Positions 20,089 to 29,835 of a stretch of 64,000 nt of DNA are shown here, one piece after another (position 1 is the first letter of the stretch; each line of letters opens with the position of its first letter). The notes below the pieces were generated by a model, which did not search any database, was not told the DNA's origin, and saw only the letters and a program-made list of their open reading frames with translations. The stretch is from an uncultured Candidatus Izemoplasmatales bacterium. Its GTDB lineage: Bacteria > Bacillota_I > Bacilli_A > Izemoplasmatales > Izemoplasmataceae. Made by a program: the position numbers and the translations under genes. Location: NCBI GenBank assembly GCA_964386055.1, contig CAYLQZ010000002.1:5672-69671 (forward strand), written 5' to 3'.

Positions 20089-20508
20089 TTAGCTACTTTC
20101 ATTTAATGAAGCGTGACACCTAGGACACATACCACGATATAAAAGTTGTGCATCTTGAACGATATAATCTTTTAATTTTTTCACATCAACTTTTGGCGGG
20201 GATACATCAATATCATAGATTTTTGAACAGTTCATACATTTAAAGTGGGCGTGCGGTTCGCGTACTAAATCGTATCGCGTTTCTGTCTGATCCATAATAA
20301 TCATAGACGCAAGGTGATTTTTAATAAATAAGTGCAAAGTATTATAGACCGTTGTTTTGGATAGCGTCGGTATATCTTCATACAATGCTTGATAAATTTC
20401 ATCTGCGGTCGGATGATTCTTCTCTTCTTTTAAGTATTGGTAAATCATCAATCTTGTATAAGAAGGTTTAATGTCATAGCTTCTCAATATTTCACTATAT
20501 TGTTGCAT
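20089..20508 (-). CDS. Fur-family metalloregulator (Fur/PerR/Zur type not resolved)
   Basis: wHTH N-terminus, HAHFKCMNCSK and CPRC zinc-site motifs. 139 aa. Confidence 0.85.
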   Translation of the reverse strand: MQQYSEILRSYDIKPSYTRLMIYQYLKEEKNHPTADEIYQALYEDIPTLSKTTVYNTLHLFIKNHLASMIIMDQTETRYDLVREPHAHFKCMNCSKIYDIDVSPPKVDVKKLKDYIVQDAQLLYRGMCPRCHASLNESS

Positions 20509-20536
20509 ACTATCACCTCATAAATGTAATAAATCT

Positions 20537-20559
20537 AAAATTGGAACAAGTACAATTTT
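20537..20559. promoter_or_regulatory. candidate operator (inverted repeat abutting the -10)
   Basis: AAAATTG-N9-CAATTTT directly downstream of the -10 hexamer. Confidence 0.35.
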
Positions 20560-20588
20560 ATTATAATTGGAAACCCCTTATATGTCAA
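20560..20588 (-). promoter_or_regulatory. consensus sigma-A promoter of the Fur-family gene
   Basis: On the minus strand: TTGACA, 17-nt spacer, TATAAT. Confidence 0.7.
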
Positions 20589-20667
20589 TTAAGAGGGCTA
20601 TTCATTTGTATGTATTGACGTTTACCGTTATAATACATTTAGATAAAAAATAATAACAAGGAGTTTG

Positions 20668-20946
20668 ATGATGGATATCTTAAAAGGAGACGATCGTTTT
20701 TATATCGAAAACGAAAATGGAGAAGTTGTTGGCTACATATCTTACCAATATGAATCAGCTGATATGATTGTTGCCAATTCAACGTTTGTTGATCCTTCGC
20801 AACGCGGTAGCGGCGTCGCTAAAAAGCTTTTAGACCGCTTAGCAACATTCGCAAGAGAAGAAAATTTAAAAGTCAGACCATTATGTTCTTATGTAGTGAA
20901 AGCATTTGAGCGCTATAAGGAATATGACGATATAAAACATCAATAA
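20668..20946 (+). CDS. small GNAT-like acetyltransferase (YjdJ-type)
   Basis: About 92 aa with QRGSGVAKKLL motif. AAGGAG RBS. The ATG at 20668 or 20671 is the start. Confidence 0.6.
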   Translation: MMDILKGDDRFYIENENGEVVGYISYQYESADMIVANSTFVDPSQRGSGVAKKLLDRLATFAREENLKVRPLCSYVVKAFERYKEYDDIKHQ

Positions 20947-20953
20947 TATTACG

Positions 20954-20985
20954 AAAGGGATAATCCATTAGGACTATCCCTTTTT
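20954..20985. terminator. bidirectional terminator
   Basis: AAAGGGATA / TATCCCTTT hairpin plus T-run. Confidence 0.7.
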
Positions 20986-21310
20986 AAATGGTAGCTAAAT
21001 CGATGATATCAGCGCTAAAAACTGCGTGTGATTTAAAAAAGATAAGTCCTTGCGTTTGATCAACCCCAACTATTTGGTCTACAAACTGATGGCGCTTTGA
21101 CTGTTCAAAAACCGTCACCTTAACATCACTGCCCTCACGCAAAGCAATTTCCAAACTATATTGCATCGATGCGTATTGATCGTCACTCAGGGTAGGTTTT
21201 TGTTCTTTTTCTAAATGGCGATACAGTTCATTTAAATAGTCACCTTGTGCTTCTAAAGCTTCAAATGGCAACCACTTCAACATCTTTCTATCGTTATAGA
21301 TACTAGGCAT
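20984..21310 (-). CDS. YolD-like protein
   Basis: KMLKWLPFEAL motif, 108 aa. Overlaps the end of the upstream Y-family polymerase gene. Confidence 0.7.
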   Translation of the reverse strand: MPSIYNDRKMLKWLPFEALEAQGDYLNELYRHLEKEQKPTLSDDQYASMQYSLEIALREGSDVKVTVFEQSKRHQFVDQIVGVDQTQGLIFFKSHAVFSADIIDLATI

Positions 21311-22574
21311 TGTGACCTCCTATTAATCCTGAACGGGTTTTTGCAGTTCCTTCTATATAAGACGTTAATCGCATGGCACTTTCTTTACCATATTTCGCTC
21401 TAATCCCATCAATTGCGGTGAAAAGACGACGGTTTTGTTGTTTTTTAGTATGATTTTCAAAGAAATTAAGTTGCTCAAACAGGGTTCGTTTACTGAGCTT
21501 CGTCACCCTTAACGACACGCGTCTTATCGGCACGTCTTCATAATGGGTTTTAAAAAGGTCTAAAACCACTTGTAAAATCACGTCCATAGAATCGGTAGGA
21601 TGGGCTAAACTCGATTGTCTAGAAAACCCACCACCGTACGCTTTAGAATACCCGATTGAAAGGTGAATGGTTCGCGCTTCATTTCGAGTAAACCGTAATT
21701 TTTCTCCTATTTCATCGACCATTTCCATAATAACTGGTAGAATGCTTTTCCCATCATAGTCTTTAAATAGCGTTTGGCCTTGTCCTAAGCTTTTGTTTTG
21801 GATTTTTAGGGTTGCAGATTTTTCACTTATCACGCTTTGATCAATTCCGTTTGCGTGATAATATAATTCTTCTCCAATCACGCCAAACAATTTTTTCAAT
21901 GTTTTCACATCGCTTTTTGCTAATTGCTTAACCTCATAAATCCCTAATTGGTTTAAACGATATTCCATCCTAGGACCAATCCCCCACATCTTAGACAACG
22001 GTTTAAGCGGCCATAGCTTTGTCTCGATATCGGGGTATCGCATCTCACCTATATGAGATTTTTGTTTTTTAGAAAGTAAATCTAAAGCAAGTTTACTCAA
22101 TAATAAATTATCCCCAATCCCACACGTTGAAGGAATGCCCAATTCATAATAAATTTCTTTCATAATGGTGCGCGCAAGTTCAATAGGTTTTTTCTCATAA
22201 TACTTTAAATACGGGGTTAAGTCTAAAAACGCTTCATCAATACTGTAGACATGTAAATCCTCTTTCGCAATATACTTAAGATAAATGCCAATAACATCCC
22301 TTGAGTACTCTAAATATTTTCGCATTCTTGGTTTGGCAATAATGAGATTATTCACTTTAGGAATCTCAAATAACCGCATAACATTTTTAAATCCGTACTG
22401 TTTTTTTAAATATGGGCTTACCGCAAGCACAACACTGCCGCCCCCACGTGATTTATCTGCCACAATAAGGGGCGTTTTAAATGGATCTAGCCCACGTTCT
22501 ACGCATTCTACAGACGCATAGAAACTTTTTAAATCAATACAAATAATATCACGATAAATTTTATATTCGTCCAT
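21303..22574 (-). CDS. Y-family (translesion) DNA polymerase, UvrX/UmuC-like
   Basis: IICIDLKSFYASVE N-terminus, YSIDEAFLD catalytic motif, GIGPRMEYRL HhH. Confidence 0.9.
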   Translation of the reverse strand: MDEYKIYRDIICIDLKSFYASVECVERGLDPFKTPLIVADKSRGGGSVVLAVSPYLKKQYGFKNVMRLFEIPKVNNLIIAKPRMRKYLEYSRDVIGIYLKYIAKEDLHVYSIDEAFLDLTPYLKYYEKKPIELARTIMKEIYYELGIPSTCGIGDNLLLSKLALDLLSKKQKSHIGEMRYPDIETKLWPLKPLSKMWGIGPRMEYRLNQLGIYEVKQLAKSDVKTLKKLFGVIGEELYYHANGIDQSVISEKSATLKIQNKSLGQGQTLFKDYDGKSILPVIMEMVDEIGEKLRFTRNEARTIHLSIGYSKAYGGGFSRQSSLAHPTDSMDVILQVVLDLFKTHYEDVPIRRVSLRVTKLSKRTLFEQLNFFENHTKKQQNRRLFTAIDGIRAKYGKESAMRLTSYIEGTAKTRSGLIGGHNA

Positions 22575-22644
22575 AAAATGCCTCCTTTTAATTTTATTAT
22601 AGCGTAATATTTTTAAAAAAGGAGTGTTGACAAATACTCAAATT

Positions 22645-22681
22645 TTTGAAAAGAAAGAGCCGTCTTACTCGACGGCTCTTT
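22645..22681 (-). terminator. rho-independent terminator
   Basis: AAAGAGCCGTC / GACGGCTCTTT stem. Confidence 0.7.
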
Positions 22682-22696
22682 AAAAAAATTCTAATG

Positions 22697-23662
22697 TTAG
22701 TTTTCAGTGAAAATATTAAAGTCTTTCATGGGTCGCTCATCATCACAATCGATCCCTTTATTATAAGACCGGTTATCAAACAGTGATTCCAACATATCTT
22801 CGTTCGCTTCATTAAGATATTTATTAACGTTTTCCATGATTATATTTGTGCTTTTTAAGGCATCACTATAAAGCATTAAGACGCTTTTTTGTGACGCTTC
22901 TGACGTCACAGGATGGCGCCATGTCCGCGCTGTTTCATTCAAATAATCATACCGTAAGCTTTTTTTATAAAAGAAACTTAAATCTTCAAAAAAGAGATCA
23001 CGATACGTACTAAAGCGGTCTAAAAATGCATATAAGCGCTTTTTTATCCCACGGCGGTCATTGATAAAATATTTGATGGTAAGGCGCATCCCTTTATAGC
23101 CTTTTTGATAATGGGACGCAACACCGTTAATATCATAGACTTCGCGGGCGATGACATCAAGCATGGTCGTAATCTCACGCGGGACACGCTTATACGGTAC
23201 CGCTTTATGGAGTGGATACTTATGCGCTTGAACGTGATGATCGTTTTCAATCAAACATTTATCCATTCGTCTTTCAAACTTTAGATGCAATCCGCGTTGG
23301 GGGTAAGTTGAAGGATCGTTTTTATCATAGACCCCAACATGATGGTAGACATAAGGATGAATATTAACATCGAGTGTGTAATGCAGAATATAGCCCATTA
23401 AAAAGGCGTGTAAGGTTTTACTGTAGTGGTGTTTTACATATCGTACCATACTCGTTAATACATCTGCGGTATCATCATCGTGGAACTTGTTGCCAATAGC
23501 CATCGCGACGCTGCGTTGTTTCGAAAAGATTCGATAATAGAGCGGATCAGGTCCTTGTGAAGCAACAATGGTTGCTTGTTTTAAGGCTTCATCGTCATAA
23601 AATGATTGATTATTTTTAATAAAGGTATTTGCCATGCGTTGATGCATGTAAATATCAGCCAT
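22697..23662 (-). CDS. zinc-dependent phospholipase C-like family protein
   Basis: His/Asp-rich N-terminal half (MHQRM, GPDPLYY, HDDD, HYTLDVNIHPY). The family call is from memory. Confidence 0.45.
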   Translation of the reverse strand: MADIYMHQRMANTFIKNNQSFYDDEALKQATIVASQGPDPLYYRIFSKQRSVAMAIGNKFHDDDTADVLTSMVRYVKHHYSKTLHAFLMGYILHYTLDVNIHPYVYHHVGVYDKNDPSTYPQRGLHLKFERRMDKCLIENDHHVQAHKYPLHKAVPYKRVPREITTMLDVIAREVYDINGVASHYQKGYKGMRLTIKYFINDRRGIKKRLYAFLDRFSTYRDLFFEDLSFFYKKSLRYDYLNETARTWRHPVTSEASQKSVLMLYSDALKSTNIIMENVNKYLNEANEDMLESLFDNRSYNKGIDCDDERPMKDFNIFTEN

Positions 23663-23664
23663 AA

Positions 23665-24579
23665 TTATCCCTTTCTCAATTCATTAAGTTTTGCTATAAA
23701 CGCTTGAGGCAGTTCGCTTTCAAACGTTAGGACTTCTTCGGTTTTCGGGTGTTTAAACGTGATTTTATAGGCGTGTAAAAATTGGCCATCTGGCGCGTGT
23801 TGTTTTCTCCGCCCATACGTCACATCGCCTAATACCGGTTTTTCGATGTATTGAAGATGCACCCGAATTTGGTGGGTTCTTCCGCTTTCTAATTCGCATT
23901 CGATTAACGTATTCGCTACAAACCGCTCCATCACATTAAAATACGTAATACTCGCTTTTCCCCCTGCCACAACACTCATCATATGACGCTTTTTAGGATG
24001 GCGTCCAATCGGCGCATCAATCTTACCACGATTGTGGTCGATAATGCCATCTGTAATGGCCATATAATATCGTTTCACTTCACGTTTTTGTAAAGACGCT
24101 TGTAAGGTTTTTAATGTCGGTTCGTTTTTTGCAAACAGTAACACACCACTCGTGTCTTTATCAAGTCGATGGACAACCCCAGCACGGTCTTCAATATCGA
24201 AATCATTAGGATTAATACGGTCTAAAAGACCATGTAAAAGCGTTGGATCATCGGTCGTTTTTGAAGGATGGGTAATGAGCCCAGTGGGTTTTTCAACAAC
24301 TAACAAATCCTCATCTTCAAACAAAATATTTAACGCCATGGGGACATGGGTTAAGGGGGGCGTTTCTTCTTCGGTAATGGTCGCTTCAATGGTTTCGTTC
24401 CCGTGTACTAAAAAAGAAGGCTTTTTAACCGCCCCATCTACTAAGATGTGTTTATCCTTTAAAAGCGCCTTAATCTCCATCCTAGATAATTCAGGAACTA
24501 AGTCGCTTAATAGTTTATCTAATCTTGTTCCTTTGTCCTCAGGCGTTACGTTAAACGTTTTTTGTGGCACGGTCATCAC
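23665..24579 (-). CDS. rluD: RluA-family 23S rRNA pseudouridine synthase (RluD-like)
   Basis: S4 domain N-terminus, HRLDKDTSG catalytic motif, GRTHQIRVH. Confidence 0.9.
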   Translation of the reverse strand: MMTVPQKTFNVTPEDKGTRLDKLLSDLVPELSRMEIKALLKDKHILVDGAVKKPSFLVHGNETIEATITEEETPPLTHVPMALNILFEDEDLLVVEKPTGLITHPSKTTDDPTLLHGLLDRINPNDFDIEDRAGVVHRLDKDTSGVLLFAKNEPTLKTLQASLQKREVKRYYMAITDGIIDHNRGKIDAPIGRHPKKRHMMSVVAGGKASITYFNVMERFVANTLIECELESGRTHQIRVHLQYIEKPVLGDVTYGRRKQHAPDGQFLHAYKITFKHPKTEEVLTFESELPQAFIAKLNELRKG

Positions 24580-25051
24580 TTCGTTTCGGGTTTATAAAAA
24601 TAATATCAATCGCAAGGGCAATCCATCCAATAGTCAGCGCTGAATCTGCGACATTAAAAACGGGAAAATCGTAGCTAAATATATAAACATTAACCATATC
24701 AATAACATACCCAAATCTTAAGCGATCAATAAAGTTTCCAATGGTGCCGCCAATTAACAAAACAACGCCAATAGAATAAAACGGCTTTGTTTTAAACGCC
24801 ATTTCAAAAGAAAGCACTAAAAATATTCCTAACGCAATCACCGTTACGATGATAAAAAACCATATTTGTCCTGGGAACATGCCCCAAGCTGCCCCACTAT
24901 TGCGATGATGCGTTAAATATAAAAAGGGTTCAATTAAAGGAATTTGTTCTCCAAACACAATATTGTTGGCGGTCATGGTTTTTGTGATTTGGTCAAATAT
25001 AATCACACCAAGGATTATTAAAACCCCTGTTATAAATGTCGCTTTTTGCAT
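24551..25051 (-). CDS. lspA: lipoprotein signal peptidase II
   Basis: NSGAAWG and FNVADS motifs, 4 TM helices. Confidence 0.9.
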   Translation of the reverse strand: MQKATFITGVLIILGVIIFDQITKTMTANNIVFGEQIPLIEPFLYLTHHRNSGAAWGMFPGQIWFFIIVTVIALGIFLVLSFEMAFKTKPFYSIGVVLLIGGTIGNFIDRLRFGYVIDMVNVYIFSYDFPVFNVADSALTIGWIALAIDIIFINPKRSDDRATKNV

Positions 25052-25061
25052 AAAAATCCTC

Positions 25062-25427
25062 CTAGATGTAATGGGGAATCACCGTTATAATAACGATGCC
25101 ACCAAGTAGTAAAATACCCCCACTCGTAATCAAACTTTGTTTGATAAAACGATCCATATGATTAAACTGTGGATGGCGTTTGTACTCCATTAAGGTTTTA
25201 AAATAAAATAAATCCATAATGATGACCCATCCGATTAAAGTAATGAGTAACATAAAGGTCACTACGTAATAAAAATAAATATAAAGAATTAAGATATTAA
25301 TCGCCAAAACTATAAAAGGCAAGGCGACAAGTGTTCCTAATATAACGCCGGTTAAATATGACAAAATTCTTTCTTTCAAAGGATATATATCTTTAATCTT
25401 AGGATTACTCATCAATTGCCTCCCCAT
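25062..25427 (-). CDS. small membrane protein (3-4 TM), hypothetical
   Basis: 121-aa hydrophobic ORF overlapping the end of the YlbL-like gene. Confidence 0.5.
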   Translation of the reverse strand: MGRQLMSNPKIKDIYPLKERILSYLTGVILGTLVALPFIVLAINILILYIYFYYVVTFMLLITLIGWVIIMDLFYFKTLMEYKRHPQFNHMDRFIKQSLITSGGILLLGGIVIITVIPHYI

Positions 25428-26424
25428 GGTGTGCCATTAACCAATTTAATACATCGCTAAAATGCGCAACACCGACTATAGTTAAAGACGTTTGACTAAG
25501 TTCTTCTTTTGCGGATAAGGCCGTTGAATAGTTATCGTTAGTCGCCCCTGTTTTTGGCACAAAGAAAACATCTGCGCCTTTATTGTGAGCAGTAAAGACT
25601 TTTTCACGAACCGACCCTACCGACCCGGTTGTTCCATCAATATTAATCGTTCCGGTTCCAGTTATTTGGATGCCGTTGGTAAAGTCAAATTCACTCAATG
25701 CATTATAAATATAAAGCGTCTGCATTAAGCCACCAGATGGCCCTCCTACTAATGAGGTTTGAACGTCTAAAGGAATTTCAGTTTCGGTAATTTTATAGTA
25801 CGTCGCCAGTGTAATGCCAAAGACACAGCGTCCATCGTTTTCTTGACGCTTGACTTCGACGGTTTTAATCTCATCTTCGCGCTCTATTTCAAATAGGCCA
25901 TATTCACCGCATTCAACCGCGTTTAACCCCTCAGAGATTTCGTCAAATCCATTAACACTTAAAACAATATCCCCAATTTCGATATCGCCTTCCATATAGT
26001 TATAAATTAGCCGCACAATACGTTGTTCCTCGTATTGAATTGTCATATCCAACGCTTCAAGGGACGTAATGAACGAGGCATCAATCGACGTATTCCGAGC
26101 GACTTGGCCACTTCTAAAATTCGCTGTATCGCTGATTTGACGCTGCGCTGGTGAAATTTGCGTTTGGGTATGCGACGGCGATAAGGTGGAAAACATGAAT
26201 TGAAAAAAGGTCGGCCTCGGAATACTCATCACATAGATACTACTAATGGCGTTTTCTTGAGGATAGGTATCGGCTTCGAGTTCGATATATTGACTAATAT
26301 CGGTTAAATCGCCTGGGGTAGAGATTCTATAATCAATGCGATATATCATAATAAACAGTATAAAAACATAAGGAATGGCGAGTATAAGCATAAAAATGCG
26401 GGCTTTTTTAAACATCGATTTCAT
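25405..26424 (-). CDS. YlbL/SepM-type membrane-anchored PDZ + Lon-like serine protease
   Basis: N-terminal TM helix, PDZ-like middle region, and GPSGGLMQTL Lon-C motif. Confidence 0.8.
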   Translation of the reverse strand: MKSMFKKARIFMLILAIPYVFILFIMIYRIDYRISTPGDLTDISQYIELEADTYPQENAISSIYVMSIPRPTFFQFMFSTLSPSHTQTQISPAQRQISDTANFRSGQVARNTSIDASFITSLEALDMTIQYEEQRIVRLIYNYMEGDIEIGDIVLSVNGFDEISEGLNAVECGEYGLFEIEREDEIKTVEVKRQENDGRCVFGITLATYYKITETEIPLDVQTSLVGGPSGGLMQTLYIYNALSEFDFTNGIQITGTGTINIDGTTGSVGSVREKVFTAHNKGADVFFVPKTGATNDNYSTALSAKEELSQTSLTIVGVAHFSDVLNWLMAHHGEAIDE

Positions 26425-26425
26425 C

Positions 26426-26890
26426 TTAAAATTCCAACGTTGTGTTTTCCATTTGTCTTAATAAAATCCCAGCATCACTCAGCATTCGCATACTAGCTTT
26501 TACGCTACTTTCTTGTTGGTACTTATTTTCAACATAGACGATTTCTTTAATGCCGCTTTGAATGATCAATTTCGCGCATTCATGACACGGAAATAATGTC
26601 ACAAAAAGCGTCGCATTGTCTAGAGGAACTGTGGCATTTAAGATGGCGTTTGGTTCAGCGTGTACAACATAAGGGTATTTGGTATTCAAAAAATCGCCAT
26701 CGCTTTCCCATGGGTATACATCGTCATCAATGCCAATAGGAAACCCATTGTATCCAATGCCGACAATGCGTTTTTTTTGATTCACAATGCAGGCGCCAAC
26801 TTGAGTATTAGGGTCTTTACTCCGCATCGCCGAGAGTTTAGCAACCCCCATAAAGTAAGTGTCCCAATCAATATAATCCTTACGTTTCAT
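26426..26890 (-). CDS. comEB: dCMP deaminase (ComEB-type)
   Basis: HAEPNAI and PCHECAKLI zinc motifs. Confidence 0.9.
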   Translation of the reverse strand: MKRKDYIDWDTYFMGVAKLSAMRSKDPNTQVGACIVNQKKRIVGIGYNGFPIGIDDDVYPWESDGDFLNTKYPYVVHAEPNAILNATVPLDNATLFVTLFPCHECAKLIIQSGIKEIVYVENKYQQESSVKASMRMLSDAGILLRQMENTTLEF

Positions 26891-26894
26891 GGCG

Positions 26895-27386
26895 TCACTC
26901 CTTCACATTTTTGATGCTGCTTAAGTTCACGTGGCAATAGCCATTGGGGTTTTTATCAAGATAATCTTGATGGTAATCTTCAGCAACATAAAATGGTTCA
27001 TCTGTTTTAAAGGTCAGTTGCAACCGTTTAGAATAATCATTTTTAATATCATCAACAAAGGCATCGATCACTTGTTTTTGTGCCTTGGTGTAATTATAAA
27101 TCCCTGTGCGGTATTGCGCCCCAATATCATTGCCTTGTTTATTGATTAACGTCGGGTCAATAATGTTGAAAAAGTGCTTTAACAGCGACCGCAATGAAAC
27201 TTCTTCGCTATCATACACGACTTCAACCGCTTCAGCGTGACCGCTGCCTGTACAAACTTCTTCATACGACGGATTAGGTTTATGCCCATCAATATATCCG
27301 TTGGTAACTTCTTTAACGCCTTGGATTTGTTTGAAGTATGCTTCCACACCCCAAAAACATCCACCTGCTAATACTATTTTTTCCAT
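26895..27386 (-). CDS. msrA: peptide methionine (S)-sulfoxide reductase
   Basis: GGCFWG active-site motif. Confidence 0.95.
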   Translation of the reverse strand: MEKIVLAGGCFWGVEAYFKQIQGVKEVTNGYIDGHKPNPSYEEVCTGSGHAEAVEVVYDSEEVSLRSLLKHFFNIIDPTLINKQGNDIGAQYRTGIYNYTKAQKQVIDAFVDDIKNDYSKRLQLTFKTDEPFYVAEDYHQDYLDKNPNGYCHVNLSSIKNVKE

Positions 27387-27392
27387 TTAATT

Positions 27393-28115
27393 TCACTCCA
27401 TTAATTTATGACATATATATTCAGCGGCCAACAACCCTGCGGTTGCTGGGCCAAAAGGATTCGATGCTACAAAAGAAAGCGTATTGTCTTTAAAGGGCTG
27501 TTCTTTTGAAAACACAACAGGGACATTGTGATGAATCCCATTTTTACGTAACGCGATGCGTAGCTTTCTTGCCAGTGGATCATACGCGGTTTCAAATAGA
27601 TCAGTAATCGTAATCATATTTGAAAATTTTCGGTTGCCTTGACCTACGCTTGCAATAATAGGAATATCATGATGCAAGGCATTTTGTATGAGTAACGCTT
27701 TGTTTTTTACAGAGTCGATGGCATCAAAAATAAAATCCATTTTATGTGCAAACAATGGTGCTACCATATTTTCATCAAAAACCGTATCATACTCAATGAC
27801 GTCACAGTCAGGATTAATACGCAATATTCTTTCTTTTGACACGGTCGTTTTCTTACGACCAATTGTATCATGAGTTGCGGTGATTAGGCGATTAATATTG
27901 CTTTTTACAATGATATCTTTATCTAAAATAATTAACCGACCAACTCCGATTCTAGCCAGTGCTTCCGCTGCGTAAGCCCCAACGCCACCTAAGCCGATGA
28001 CAGCGACGGTAGCGTGTTTAAGTGTATTTAAATTCGCCTCACCGTATAAAGGAACTAGCCGTTCAAATTGCTCATTCATCGTGGTTTGGGTGTTTCTTAA
28101 GTAATCCAAGTTCAT
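27393..28115 (-). CDS. tcdA: tRNA threonylcarbamoyladenosine dehydratase (ThiF/E1-like)
   Basis: GLGGVGAYAAEALARIGVGRL Rossmann motif. The start may be the second ATG at 28079. Confidence 0.8.
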   Translation of the reverse strand: MNLDYLRNTQTTMNEQFERLVPLYGEANLNTLKHATVAVIGLGGVGAYAAEALARIGVGRLIILDKDIIVKSNINRLITATHDTIGRKKTTVSKERILRINPDCDVIEYDTVFDENMVAPLFAHKMDFIFDAIDSVKNKALLIQNALHHDIPIIASVGQGNRKFSNMITITDLFETAYDPLARKLRIALRKNGIHHNVPVVFSKEQPFKDNTLSFVASNPFGPATAGLLAAEYICHKLME

Positions 28116-29835
28116 CTAACTGAGCGTTGCTTACAGGGGACGGTGCTTCTGTAAGTAAACAGTGAGCGGACGCAGTTTTAGGGAAGGCAATCACATCACG
28201 GATATTTTTAGTACCGGTTAAAATCATCACCAAACGATCCAGTCCAAACGCAATTCCACCATGAGGCGGGGTGCCATATTCTAAGGCATCTAACAAGAAG
28301 CCAAATTGGGACCGTTGCATCGCTTCGTCCATGCCTAAAATCTTAAAGACGTCTTGTTGCATATTGGTATCATGGATTCTTAATGAACCACCGCCTAATT
28401 CCTGACCTTGAACCACTAAGTCATACCCATAAGCTAAGGCTTGTTCAGGATGGGTTTTTAAGGTATCTTTAGCGGTATCATGCGCTCTGGTAAAAGGATG
28501 ATGTAATGCGTAGTAACGGCCTTCTTCGCTATCGTATTCAAACATAGGCCAATCAACCACCCAGTGGAAATCAAAGATCGATTCATCTATTAAATCCATG
28601 GCTTTGGCAACGTGGGTTCTTAAAAAGCCTAAGCTATGGCGAACCACTTTCACGGTATCTGCTACAATAAAGGCAATATCTCCATTTTGCATTGCGAGGG
28701 TTTGTTCAAAATCGTTCAACTCGGTTTCATTAAAGAATTTAACCGTAGGTCCACTTAAAGTATCATCAGTTTTTTTCACCCATGCAAGGCCTTTAGCGCC
28801 ATATTTTTTCACTTCTTTTGTAAGCGCATCAATTTTTTTGCGCGAATAATAGCTCGCCCCATTAGAAACGTTGATGGCTTGGACTGCACCGCCTTCTTCG
28901 ATGGCCGTTTTAAAGACTTTAAAATCACTATTTTTAAAGACAGCGTTCAAATCAGTTAAATACATGTCAAAACGGGTATCGGGTTTGTCAGACCCGTATT
29001 GTTCCATAGCCTCTTTGTAGGTCATTCTTGGGAATGGCGTTTTTAACTCAATGCCTTTGACCTTTTTCATAATAGATGCCATCATTCTTTCACTAACATC
29101 TAAAACATCCTCTTGGTCAACAAAACTCATCTCAACATCAATTTGAGTAAATTCTGGTTGACGGTCACTACGTAAATCTTCATCACGAAAGCATTTTGCG
29201 ATTTGATAATAACGCTCAAATCCTGAAATCATTAAAAGTTGTTTAAAGAGTTGCGGACTTTGAGGCAAAGCATAAAAATTGCCTTTGTGATTTCTTGAAG
29301 GCACAATATAATCTCTTGCCCCTTCAGGGGTAGATTTCGTAAGCATGGGGGTTTCAAAATCTATAAAGTTCTCGTCGTTTAAAAAATCGCGTACCGTTTT
29401 GGTTATTAAATGACGCGTTTTCATCATGTGTTTTAAATAGGGACGTCGCAAGTCTAAGTACCGGTATTTTAACCGTGTATCTTCTAAGGCATCTGTGTCG
29501 TCTTGAATCATTAAAGGCGGGTGTTTTGCAGTAGATAAAATATTGAGTGATTGAACATCAATTTCAATGTCCCCAGTTTTAATATTAGGGTTTTTAGAAC
29601 TTCGCTCTGAAACGATTCCTTCAACTTCGATGACATATTCATTTTTAATAGGCTCAGTTTGATCTTTTAACGGGTTATCGTTATAAAAAGCAAGTTGTGT
29701 AATGCCTTCTTGGTCTCTTAAGTCAATAAATACTAAATTCCCTAAATCTCTTTTTTTCGCCACAAATCCTTTAAGTTTAACGGATTCACCGATATGGTCT
29801 ATGGTTAAGGCGTTGTTGTGATGGGTATATCTCAT
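28072..29835 (-). CDS. aspS: aspartate--tRNA ligase
   Basis: Class IIb motifs (FRDEDLRSDRQPEFTQ, GLDRLVM). ATG at 29835 follows an AAGGAG RBS and forms an ATGA overlap with the hisS stop. Confidence 0.95.
   Translation of the reverse strand: MRYTHHNNALTIDHIGESVKLKGFVAKKRDLGNLVFIDLRDQEGITQLAFYNDNPLKDQTEPIKNEYVIEVEGIVSERSSKNPNIKTGDIEIDVQSLNILSTAKHPPLMIQDDTDALEDTRLKYRYLDLRRPYLKHMMKTRHLITKTVRDFLNDENFIDFETPMLTKSTPEGARDYIVPSRNHKGNFYALPQSPQLFKQLLMISGFERYYQIAKCFRDEDLRSDRQPEFTQIDVEMSFVDQEDVLDVSERMMASIMKKVKGIELKTPFPRMTYKEAMEQYGSDKPDTRFDMYLTDLNAVFKNSDFKVFKTAIEEGGAVQAINVSNGASYYSRKKIDALTKEVKKYGAKGLAWVKKTDDTLSGPTVKFFNETELNDFEQTLAMQNGDIAFIVADTVKVVRHSLGFLRTHVAKAMDLIDESIFDFHWVVDWPMFEYDSEEGRYYALHHPFTRAHDTAKDTLKTHPEQALAYGYDLVVQGQELGGGSLRIHDTNMQQDVFKILGMDEAMQRSQFGFLLDALEYGTPPHGGIAFGLDRLVMILTGTKNIRDVIAFPKTASAHCLLTEAPSPVSNAQLDELGLLKKHPNHDE

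Noticed and set aside
22575-22650. Search for a LexA/Cheo box upstream of the Y-family polymerase.
   Set aside because: No GAAC-N4-GTTC-like palindrome is present. It is reported as an absence within a finding rather than as a feature.
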